19,847 nt of DNA from positions 1 to 19,847 of the forward strand of contig CAZYCQ010000060.1 in assembly GCA_964645535.1 (NCBI GenBank), written 5' to 3'. The translations under genes and the position numbers were made by a program. Below are positions 9,413-17,773 of the stretch, piece by piece (position 1 is the stretch's first letter; each line of letters opens with the position of its first letter). Under the pieces are notes generated by a model, which was not told the DNA's origin, did no database searches, and saw nothing but the letters and a program-made list of their open reading frames with translations. The stretch comes from an uncultured archaeon (lineage in GTDB: Archaea > Asgardarchaeota > Heimdallarchaeia > Heimdallarchaeales > Kariarchaeaceae).

Positions 9413-11302
9413 GTGGATTTATGGAATGCCTTGTTTCGGGGGGATTTTTCCTATGCAAGGGAGGGCCTTGAGGCATCACCATCGACAGTTTCCGCATACT
9501 TGGCAGTCAAGGAAGGGCGTTTTTCCAATGCAATGGCTCTTGCCAAGCAGTGTGAACCGGCAGACGACCTGCATCGTCTTCTGGTACTGGCGGAGGGAGG
9601 GGCGAAATACGGATCTATACAGGAATCACAGGAAGCTGCAGAGGAACTCCTTCATCTAGCAAAGGAAAAGAATGACAGGATATTGGAATGCTTGGCCATG
9701 TATTCGCTTGGATTGAACAACCTGCAGCTCAGCAGACCGGAGACGGCCTTGATCCAGCTGTACCAAGCCAAGAATCTCGTCAACGCACAGGCCTACCCTC
9801 AAATCTATGGGGAAATTCTGGAGGCAATGGGAACGGCTCTTCTTGAAAAAGGATATTTTGAAAAAGCCATGAACACGTTGATTCAGGCAAGAGATTTCTT
9901 CCTCATGAGAAACAACCCATACTATCTGATTGCACTTCTTCAGATTGGCAAAACCTATAGTTCTGTGGGAGATTACAAGAAGGCAAGGGAAATCTACAAG
10001 GAAGTTGCGTTGGCTTCGGAAGACCAAGGGTTTACCTATGGGATTTTTCTGGCTACCACTTCCTTAGGCGAACTCCATGTAAAGCTTGGCCAGTTCGATC
10101 TTGCATTGTTGCAGTTCTCTTTAGCCCTCAGGCTCTCCGTGCAGACCGAAGTCAAGACCGAAGTCATCAGGATACACCAAAGAATGGCAGAAATCTACTA
10201 CTACAAGGACAAATACGGAATAGCACTTGCATTGATAGAGGCATCCATACAATTGCAAAAAGAGAATCCGTTGCTGCTTGCAAAATCCCTTTTTCTCAAA
10301 GGACTTGTGCTTCCCAAGCTCATGTTGCCCAACAGCATGGTAATTGAGGAGCTTGAGAAGATATGGCTCAAAAACCCGACGGAGACCATCAGAACCATGT
10401 ATCTGACACTCAAGCTCCAGAACAGGCAGATTGATGAACCTTCCCTCAATGAGATCAAGCATATGCTCCATAGTCCAGCAATTCCCATCGATATCCGCCT
10501 GAAGGCCATAGCCGTTCTCATCCACCATTCCCTGCAAACCATTGAGAACACCCAGACAGTTCATGTAGGAAGTCTTTTTGAAATCATCACTCTCCTTGAT
10601 TTTTTTGTTGAATTCGCAGACAAGCAGGGGTCCGTCTTTCATAAACTTGTGGCCATCCTCCTCAAGGCACGCCTCTACCTGCTTAGGGGGGAGATTGGAC
10701 TTGCAGAAGTGGCAATTGAGCTTGCCGAAGCACTCATGCTGGAGAATGAACTCTTCTCTTTTCAGAATGATCTTGAAAACATCAAGCTTCTCCTCCAACA
10801 GGATGTTCAGATCAAAAACTTTGAACATCAACTGCTCGAGCAGTTGGCCATCGATGAAGAGCTCACCTCCATCTACAAGCCGAAAATGGAGGAAAGGAAC
10901 GTCCCAGTAGCATTTCTCATCTCCAATCAGCACAATATCGAGATCCTCAACGTCTCATTCAGAAATCCGGAACAGGTTTCCCCATTCGTCACCGGATTGC
11001 TCTTCGCAATCAACCTTCTCCAAAAAACCAATATGGACATCAAGATCAGTGAGATCAAGCTGGTTGATTTTTCCATCCTTTTCAAGACCGTTGACGGAAT
11101 CACCTATTGGCTCATTGTCAAAGGAAAACCCACACCGGATCAAGAAAAGAGGTTCAACGGGATTGTGGAGGAACTTAGGCAGAACCGATGGATACAAGAC
11201 CAAAAGGACGAAATGGTTGTTGAAATACAGGACGAAAACAAGATCGTCGACCTGCTGTTTCAAACATTCTCAGAAACCATAAATGTAAGAAAAACAGAAT
11301 GA
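9413..11302 (+). CDS. Tetratricopeptide repeat protein with C-terminal longin-like domain
   Basis: Repeated TPR patterns (LGLNNLQLSRPETA, MGTALLEKGYFEKA, IGKTYSSVGDYKKA, LGELHVKLGQFDLA). C-terminal FVTGLLFAI...FSILFK...ITYWLIV. GTG 9413 preferred over ATG 9302. Confidence 0.85.
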   Translation: MDLWNALFRGDFSYAREGLEASPSTVSAYLAVKEGRFSNAMALAKQCEPADDLHRLLVLAEGGAKYGSIQESQEAAEELLHLAKEKNDRILECLAMYSLGLNNLQLSRPETALIQLYQAKNLVNAQAYPQIYGEILEAMGTALLEKGYFEKAMNTLIQARDFFLMRNNPYYLIALLQIGKTYSSVGDYKKAREIYKEVALASEDQGFTYGIFLATTSLGELHVKLGQFDLALLQFSLALRLSVQTEVKTEVIRIHQRMAEIYYYKDKYGIALALIEASIQLQKENPLLLAKSLFLKGLVLPKLMLPNSMVIEELEKIWLKNPTETIRTMYLTLKLQNRQIDEPSLNEIKHMLHSPAIPIDIRLKAIAVLIHHSLQTIENTQTVHVGSLFEIITLLDFFVEFADKQGSVFHKLVAILLKARLYLLRGEIGLAEVAIELAEALMLENELFSFQNDLENIKLLLQQDVQIKNFEHQLLEQLAIDEELTSIYKPKMEERNVPVAFLISNQHNIEILNVSFRNPEQVSPFVTGLLFAINLLQKTNMDIKISEIKLVDFSILFKTVDGITYWLIVKGKPTPDQEKRFNGIVEELRQNRWIQDQKDEMVVEIQDENKIVDLLFQTFSETINVRKTE

Positions 11303-11420
11303 ACCAGCCAACCAATTGATGCATGAACATCAGGCATGAAATCGGAAGGAGCCCCATGACTTATATAGATGGAATATATTGGTATTCTGTATCCGGAAAA
11401 ATCTGGATCAAGTGATAACA

Positions 11421-11573
11421 ATGAGTTTTAGAAACGATAACAGAGAAATGCATGATGCAATCTGTTCAGATTGCAATACCCAAACCCAAGTCCCCTTCAA
11501 GCCTGACGGTGAAAGGCCTGTCTATTGCAGGGACTGCTTCAGAAACCACCGCCCCCCCAGAAGAAGATTCTGA
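11421..11573 (+). CDS. CxxC-x17-CxxC domain zinc-ribbon protein
   Basis: REMHDAICSDC...VPFKPDGERPVYCRDCF. ATG 11421 follows GTGA; TTATATA near 11361. Confidence 0.92.
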   Translation: MSFRNDNREMHDAICSDCNTQTQVPFKPDGERPVYCRDCFRNHRPPRRRF

Positions 11574-11702
11574 AAAAAAAAATTAAGCAAGAAATTACAA
11601 AATAATAAGTGTTAAGCAGTTCGAAATCATCATGACCAATTAAACAACTGAACTTTCAATGACGTAACACCTGCTCTACAAAGCCAGATAGATTGACAAT
11701 CA

Positions 11703-12348
11703 TCACCTCTCCACTTTGAACCAGTCGTCTGAAACCTTGAACTTGAGACGACGGCGACGCAACTTCCGAAAAAGAAACAGCGAAACGACCATGCCAATGA
11801 ACCAGATCAAGGAATCCTTCACCCGATTAAGGAAGAAAAGATCCCCTCCAGCAATGAGAAGCCGTTTTTTGACCATGGTAATCCCCACGCTCTCGGTCCA
11901 TTCAACATCCCTGATAAAAATGAAAACCCAAAGGGAAAGTATCCTCTGGTCACGAGAAACATTGAGAAATCCTCTGAATCTTGCCTCCACTTCACCAGTA
12001 CCAGTTAAACATTCCTGCATAACCGCGGTTACCCTTAGACCCCCTAATAAGCCATATGTCCGGTTTTGATATTCAATGCCAAGGGTCGGATGATCATTAG
12101 CCGAATTGTAGCATTTCTTGCCAGCAAAATCATAAAGACCGGTAGCTTCCAAATGTAGCCATAACCTATCCAAAGAAAGACGTTCAAGCAGTTGAATGGA
12201 AAGAGAAACGATGGAAAATTCGAACATCATCCCCTGATAGGAGGGAATGTCAAAAGTAAAAACAGATGGCTCCTTGCGAAAGATAGAGATTGGCATGGAG
12301 ACCACACCATCATTCAAACTGGAAAAATCTCCCCGAATGAAGACCGTT
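11703..12348 (-). pseudogene. C-terminal part of a membrane-anchored surface protein interrupted by the IS607-like element
   Basis: Frame is open from 12350, has no signal peptide, and ends in a hydrophobic helix plus RKLRRRR. It can be joined in frame to 17376-17737. Confidence 0.55.
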
Positions 12349-12408
12349 GGTCATAAGTGGTCGAAAATCTAGCCAAACCTTTCCAAATGCGTTCTTCCAG
12401 ACCCAACT

Positions 12409-12961
12409 ATGTATATTGGTATTGGACATGATAGCAGACTGCTGGGAGTCTCCGTCACAACGATGAGGAGGTGGGACAGAAACAGGAAATTTCCTGCAGA
12501 CAGGAGAATCAAGGGAAACCATCGTAGGTACCTGTTCTCCCGTTTCCAGCAACAGAAGGGAAACGACAGGATGGCATTCGGCTATGCTAGGGTCAGCGGG
12601 CATAAGCAAACCAAAGATCTTGAAAAACAGAAGCAATCGATACAGAATTATGCAGACAAAAACGGATATGGAGGCTGCCAGATTTTTGTGGATATTGCAT
12701 CCGGATTAAACGACCAAAGAAGAAATCTGCAAAGGCTGATCAAGACTGTTGCAATATATCAGCCAGAGGTAGTGATTGTCACCTATCACGATCGGTTGGC
12801 AAGGTTTGGCCCTGATCCGGCAGTTCTGCCAACTTTTTGGAACGTCTCAATTCACCAAAAAGAGGATCGTCCAACAGGTTCTTGTTGAGGATGTCATTGC
12901 CATCATGACCTCTTATGCGGAGAAATTGCATAGAAGGAGGCGAAAAATTCCCGCTTTATAA
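12409..12961 (+). pseudogene. tnpA: IS607-family transposase TnpA (MerR-type HTH plus serine recombinase), frameshifted
   Basis: LLGVSVTTMRRW...GNHRRY, YARVS, DIASGLN and DRLARFG in one frame. The C-terminal LVEDVIAIMTSYAEKLH is in another frame after about 12808. Confidence 0.92.
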
Positions 12962-12987
12962 ACCTAAAATGGATTCTTTCTGTTGGT

Positions 12988-15207
12988 ATGAAATCCAGAA
13001 AGTACTTACTGACCAGTGAACGCCCTATCAATCACCTGTTGGAAATCGTTGCTTTGGAGCATCCGGGGATAGGCATCCAGATCCAAAGGTCGTTGGAAAG
13101 CAAGGCCTACCCATTTTTGGTCATCTTCACATATCATGACCAAGAGGTATTTCCATCGATGGTCGAGAAGCAGATGGAAGCCATTGGTGCCAAACGTTTG
13201 CCCCCATGGATCGAATGGGCGGTCAACACACAGATTGATATCCCCTTTTCGACCATTGAACCTGTTAAACCTCCCTTATCCAAAAAAAAGAAGATCCACA
13301 AAAGGAAGCAGTTTGTCTATCGTTTTCCGGTGGAAACGCTTGAACTTGATGAAGAGCTCTCGACAAAACTGCTCTCATACAAGAGGAAACGACCCTTGAA
13401 ATCAAGTTTCAGGGCCTATCCCGATCGGGGGGCCGACAACTACTTTGACGGGTTCCCGTTCTTGCCCAAGATCCTGCAATTGGAACTCAAGCAAACCACC
13501 TACCCGTGGAGATTCGATCCGGACCTCCTCCTTCCCATCCTTCATCGTCTTTTTGCATGGTATCTGCCTTTTGAGCCCCGACCTCGCCAACGCCTGATGA
13601 TCCAGGAACTCATCGAAGGGATGACAACCCCGTTTCATCGGTCCTGCGACCATGGGGAGGGGATCATCCTCAATGCAGCGACAGGAATGGGCAAGACCAT
13701 GATCTCACTTGCCAGCCTGTTGTTCAGGAGAGGCATGATGCGATCACCGGGGCAAGTGCTCGTCTTTGTCCGTACCCATTCGCAATACTATCCCATTCTC
13801 AGGGAATTCGGCAGGATTGAACACAGGAGACTTCAGGCACCATATTCCGTCTTCAATGGCCAAGAAGGCATCGACGGGTTAGGAAAGACCTTGATTTTAC
13901 CGGTCCTCCCCAAGAAATCATTGTGCAGGATTAACGAACTTATCGGAAAGACACCTTCCACCTGTAATGGCTGTCCGCTCTATGCTAAAGGAATTAAATT
14001 CAGGAAAGAATATGCCCAGCCAGCCAATTCCGTCCAGGTTCTCCTTCGTCTGCGCAATCGGTTGATGAGCGGAGAGGATCCCTTTAGATGCACTGAAAAG
14101 CTCCTGAAGGAACAGCCCGGCTGTCCATATATGACTCGCAACGCCCTTCTGCACGAGGCGGATCTGATCATCCTTTCCCAATCATTTCTCCAAAGAGAGA
14201 AGTTTGACATCATCCACCAATATCTTCGGACGCCTCTTACTGAACTCTTGGTTCTTGTTGATGAAGCCCATCATCTTGCTTCTGCCTACCTTGAGGAACG
14301 AGACGGCAGGCACTTCACCCAAGACCGGGACATCTCCCACCTGCACCCTGCAACCACTCTGATTCTCCAATCAGGATCTTTTGTGTTCCCTACGGTCTAT
14401 CGAGGGATGTTCATGGATTACGCCCGTATCATTGAGACTGAAGGAACACGTACCAGCCTCAGTCCGCAGGTTAAGAGGTTCCAATTGGCCCTTCCCAGAC
14501 TGAACAGCAGCGAGAGACAGAGAAAGGATGGTGAGCTGTACCAAAGATATGCGGACACCGTCCTGAAGCTGTTCAGGCATGGAAAAGGACATGCCTTGGT
14601 GGTTGCCCCTTCCTATGCTTTCCTTAACCAATTACTGCACGCTTTCCTTCCGTTTCGTCCAAAATATGTGGAGCAGCCTGACACCAAAATGGAAGAGTTC
14701 AATGGTCTACTCAACGAGGAGGAACGTCAACTGGTCTTGGTCATGGCAGGGGGCAAGTTCTCCGAAGGGGTGGAATGGAGCAAGAACGGAAAGAGTCTCG
14801 TTGATCAGGTCATCTTCACCGGAATTCCCTACCTGCCGAAAAGCAGTGACCTTGAATTCCACGTAAGGACATCCTGCCTCAAAAGGATCTATGACAACAA
14901 CAGGTGCCGGCAGTCGTCTCCCAAATCAAATATGGACTTCTTTTCCATGAAGAGAGATCTCAACCTTGTCATCCCACTGATCCAGAAGATTGACCAGACC
15001 ATTGGAAGAGCCATACGTAATGCACAGGATACAGCACAGGTATGGTTCATCGATGATCGGGAAACCGATTTCTTCTACAGCTATTACAAACCGAAATTAC
15101 GGTATCGCCTTCCGAGAGGTAATTTTTCACAACATTTCTCCAAAAAGCCATTCCTCAGGGGGCAACGAAAAGAATCAGATGCTATCGACCTTTTACGCGA
15201 TTTATAA
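12988..15207 (+). CDS. XPD/Rad3/DinG-family Fe-S DEAH helicase lacking the arch domain
   Basis: Q motif PRPRQ; motif I AATGMGKT; Ia VRTHSQ; Cys cluster LC-x12-CxxC...CPY; II DEAH; III SGS; IV PSY; V GGKFSEGVE; GIPY; VI QTIGRAIR. Confidence 0.92.
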   Translation: MKSRKYLLTSERPINHLLEIVALEHPGIGIQIQRSLESKAYPFLVIFTYHDQEVFPSMVEKQMEAIGAKRLPPWIEWAVNTQIDIPFSTIEPVKPPLSKKKKIHKRKQFVYRFPVETLELDEELSTKLLSYKRKRPLKSSFRAYPDRGADNYFDGFPFLPKILQLELKQTTYPWRFDPDLLLPILHRLFAWYLPFEPRPRQRLMIQELIEGMTTPFHRSCDHGEGIILNAATGMGKTMISLASLLFRRGMMRSPGQVLVFVRTHSQYYPILREFGRIEHRRLQAPYSVFNGQEGIDGLGKTLILPVLPKKSLCRINELIGKTPSTCNGCPLYAKGIKFRKEYAQPANSVQVLLRLRNRLMSGEDPFRCTEKLLKEQPGCPYMTRNALLHEADLIILSQSFLQREKFDIIHQYLRTPLTELLVLVDEAHHLASAYLEERDGRHFTQDRDISHLHPATTLILQSGSFVFPTVYRGMFMDYARIIETEGTRTSLSPQVKRFQLALPRLNSSERQRKDGELYQRYADTVLKLFRHGKGHALVVAPSYAFLNQLLHAFLPFRPKYVEQPDTKMEEFNGLLNEEERQLVLVMAGGKFSEGVEWSKNGKSLVDQVIFTGIPYLPKSSDLEFHVRTSCLKRIYDNNRCRQSSPKSNMDFFSMKRDLNLVIPLIQKIDQTIGRAIRNAQDTAQVWFIDDRETDFFYSYYKPKLRYRLPRGNFSQHFSKKPFLRGQRKESDAIDLLRDL

Positions 15208-15208
15208 A
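15201..15208 (+). promoter_or_regulatory. TATA box for the structured leader and tnpB-like gene
   Basis: TTTATAAA overlaps the helicase stop codon, implying a transcription start near 15230 where the structured region begins. Confidence 0.45.
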
Positions 15209-15229
15209 GCTTAAATTTACATGGATAGT

Positions 15230-15470
15230 ACCTCACAAGGGAAAAGCCTGAATAATGTCGACACTGTCGAACTTTCAGGTAAGATGCAATGGAGAACATT
15301 GCCGAGAGCAGACCGCACAACTGCTCGGGTCGTAGGCATTGGGTGAAAGCTCTTGGCTACGTTGGTGCCCCGCCACTGGCCGCTTTGCGGGTAACAAATG
15401 GCCTTAAAGGACCGGTATGGTCCATGCGCTCAGTATGGGTTGGATCTGCCGGTCCAGTCCATGCTGAGGT
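15230..15470 (+). ncRNA. Putative structured ncRNA or 5' leader
   Basis: Stems at 15247-52/15274-79, 15258-62/15266-70, 15286-91/15297-302, 15306-11/15321-26, 15409-13/15419-23, and a 16-bp stem 15429-44/15453-68 containing G-U pairs. Closing pair ACCTCA/TGAGGT (15230-35/15465-70). Confidence 0.55.
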
Positions 15471-15476
15471 GACAAG

Positions 15477-17234
15477 GTGATGACAATGACAAAACGAAAG
15501 AAAAACGTCTCCTCAAAGCAATCTGACGCGTCCGGCGGTTCCGGACAAACTGCAACCTATCGTGTTCACTACAAGATTCCTGATGAAGTTTCAGACCGGA
15601 AGGAATTCCGAACGCGACTGGCCAACAAGATTAGGGATCTGAAAGAGCTGAGCTTGGCAATGGCAAACCATCCTCGAGTTCTCGAGGGCATGGAGAAATA
15701 TGTGCTTCAGAGTCCAAGGTTCTCCTTGAACAAGTTCAGAAAGACCTTTCTCAATCCCTACAAAAACGAATTCGCTCAGGTCAAGGTGAAGCTGTCCACA
15801 GGGAAGGAAATGCCACTCTATGTAGGATCCAACCTGCATGAATCCACTTTTGCATATGTCCATGGGGCATTCAAGGCAAGAGAGGTACTGAAGAGGCTTT
15901 TTCTGAAAGTGGTCAAGGACTGCGAAATCATGTTTTCCCTCTTTGGCAGGGATCCGTTTATGGGTCTAAAGCTGCGGAAAATGAAATATACAAAGGCTTT
16001 TGCCTATAATTTTGTGGTCGGTCTCGGAAGGAAGCTGGACCAGCCGATCCCCCAATTTCGGGTAGAGCCGAAGGTCATTCGTCAATGGTATGATGACCTG
16101 TTCGAGCCGAAGACGGACAATCAAAAAAAATTTCATGAACGGGCACAGGTCATGGTCGATAACCCTGGCAAGGTTATTGCTGTGCTCACTGACTTTTTCA
16201 AAGATTGTGGACTTCCTTCGGACAATTGGGAGCTGCTCAAATCGACATTGAGCCATCGGTTTCCCAAGGTCTATGCCTCTCCTTTCCGTCACCTGATCTG
16301 CTATATCGCGGTCAAGCACGGCTTTCAGCCCCAGTTTGACTTGGACAAGCTATTTCCGCGTCCCGAGTTCAACGACCTTCCCATTCAGTTGGTGATGAGT
16401 AAGAAATACGTCATCAAAAGACCGGGCAACTCGTCAGAGATGACCGAATTGGTTTGCAAAGGTAAATCTATTGACCTCATCTTCCCCAACAAAGGGAAAC
16501 CGCTGGAAGTAACTATCAAGTTCCCCAAGGCTGTTGTCAGACGCATCTGCGCAGGTGCTGTCCTGAGCAGTTTCCGGGTGGATCTTGACCGTGACGGCCA
16601 GCCGCGTATTGATGTCATCCTTAGGAAGGTGCCCTCTCCCTGGAGTACCAAACTTTGGAAGATGGAGCTGGAAAAGACTCGAGTGGTGGCTCTGGACATC
16701 AATCGGTTGGGTGAACACATGCTCTCCTTCAATCAGCCAACGGACAACAGTGTGTTCAAGGAACTAAACAGGAAATATCAGGCAGTCAGTGACCAGATCA
16801 AGCAATACAAAAGCTCAGATCACTGGCAGCTTGGTCAACTGCATAGAAGGCGGAGCAACCTGCTGAAAACGGCTCATTCATTAGTTCCGCGGTTCATTGC
16901 CAGTGTGATCGTCAACTCCGGAGCGGAGGTTCTGGTAACGGAATTTTTGACAGTCACGACACGCAAAACCAAAGGGTCTTTAGCCAAGGCAATCACGACC
17001 ATGCCTCAAAAAGAGGAGCTGATTGCCAAGGCACTAGCCATCTGCAGGAAGCTGGGTCATGCAGTCGAGCACCGGATCGTGAATCCCCGTCACGTGAATT
17101 TCAAAGTGCACTTTGGATGTGGCGGCCGTCTAGACAGGGGTCCGGGCCAATGGGATTATGCTCCCTGCAAAAGATGCGGCGAGAAAGTGAATACGCACCA
17201 GAATGCCGCAGAATTGCTCGCTGCCCGCAGTTGA
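15477..17234 (+). CDS. Large TnpB/Cas12f-like RuvC protein with altered RuvC-III
   Basis: RuvC-I VVALDIN (D407), basic bridge helix LHRRRSNLLK, RuvC-II VLVTEFL (E489), VNP, zinc finger HxxC...CxxC, and terminal THQNAAELL. GAGGTGA RBS at 15466-15472 suits ATG 15480. Confidence 0.82.
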   Translation: MMTMTKRKKNVSSKQSDASGGSGQTATYRVHYKIPDEVSDRKEFRTRLANKIRDLKELSLAMANHPRVLEGMEKYVLQSPRFSLNKFRKTFLNPYKNEFAQVKVKLSTGKEMPLYVGSNLHESTFAYVHGAFKAREVLKRLFLKVVKDCEIMFSLFGRDPFMGLKLRKMKYTKAFAYNFVVGLGRKLDQPIPQFRVEPKVIRQWYDDLFEPKTDNQKKFHERAQVMVDNPGKVIAVLTDFFKDCGLPSDNWELLKSTLSHRFPKVYASPFRHLICYIAVKHGFQPQFDLDKLFPRPEFNDLPIQLVMSKKYVIKRPGNSSEMTELVCKGKSIDLIFPNKGKPLEVTIKFPKAVVRRICAGAVLSSFRVDLDRDGQPRIDVILRKVPSPWSTKLWKMELEKTRVVALDINRLGEHMLSFNQPTDNSVFKELNRKYQAVSDQIKQYKSSDHWQLGQLHRRRSNLLKTAHSLVPRFIASVIVNSGAEVLVTEFLTVTTRKTKGSLAKAITTMPQKEELIAKALAICRKLGHAVEHRIVNPRHVNFKVHFGCGGRLDRGPGQWDYAPCKRCGEKVNTHQNAAELLAARS

Positions 17235-17375
17235 GACTTATCCTCGGATAAGAAGTTTGATAGAGCTTTCAAAATCTATCCACTCGATCGCTTCGCATGA
17301 CGGGATCGGGGTCTGCAGTCCAATTGGACAACCAATCTAAGCTGTGACAGGGGCATGCAACTGCATGGCTAGATT
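17235..17375 (+). ncRNA. Putative right-end (omega/reRNA-like) scaffold
   Basis: Hairpins at 17237-52, 17259-64/17275-80, 17318-29 and 17354-67, directly 3' of the TnpB-like gene where TnpB guide scaffolds are normally encoded. Confidence 0.45.
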
Positions 17376-17737
17376 TGGGCAGATAGTAATACATGCGTGG
17401 AATTTACAGATGTGAAAATTACTTCAAATTCCACCACCTCAAAGGAAAGACCCTGAACTGAGGAGACAGGTCGGGGAAGACATCTCTCCTGAGTTTCCCA
17501 ACCATAAAATAGCCACGGAAGGATATGCTGGGAAAAAGTTAATGAAGAAACACAATCCCTACTATTGTTGTATAAGGACGAAAACCAGAAGGACACATTA
17601 ACCATGACACGATATCGATACTGCTTGAGCCAGAAAATACGCGAATCCTCAATACGATCAACCTCAATTCGGTTGTGGTTCGTAGCTGAAACAGGAACCG
17701 TCAACAGGAAAACCAACAAGATCAACATCAGACGCAT
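17369..17737 (-). pseudogene. N-terminal part of a secreted protein, truncated at the element right end
   Basis: Signal peptide MRLMLILLVFLLTVPVSA. Its stop codon lies inside the element's terminal 11-bp repeat. Confidence 0.55.
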
Positions 17738-17773
17738 AGGTAACCAAACACAAACAGCCCTTAAAAATACACC

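Larger units (their letters stand above)
12349..17375 (+). mobile_element. Composite IS607-family element: tnpA, XPD/DinG helicase, structured RNA, TnpB-like gene
   Basis: IS607 tnpA at the left end and a TnpB-like gene at the right, all co-oriented. An 11-bp inverted repeat (12365-12375 / 17366-17376) sits near the ends. The flanks look like two halves of one gene. Left boundary uncertain between 12349 and 12365. Confidence 0.65.

Noticed and set aside
10121-10933. 270-aa minus-strand ORF
   Set aside because: Antisense shadow of the TPR gene.
12988-15207. Housekeeping XPD gene
   Set aside because: Lacks the arch domain, has an unusual N-terminal extension and lies inside a putative mobile element.
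15230-15470. Group I intron (IStron), or the 63-aa ORF 15289-15480
   Set aside because: I could not identify group I core P7 motifs by eye. The ORF has no recognisable features and coincides with the hairpins.
15486-15500. KRKK as a nuclear localisation signal (Fanzor-like)
   Set aside because: The context is archaeal, basic N-termini are common, and the RuvC-II Glu is in the canonical TnpB position.
17235-17400. CRISPR array next to the Cas12f-like gene
   Set aside because: No repeat-spacer pattern and no cas1, cas2 or cas4 in the window.
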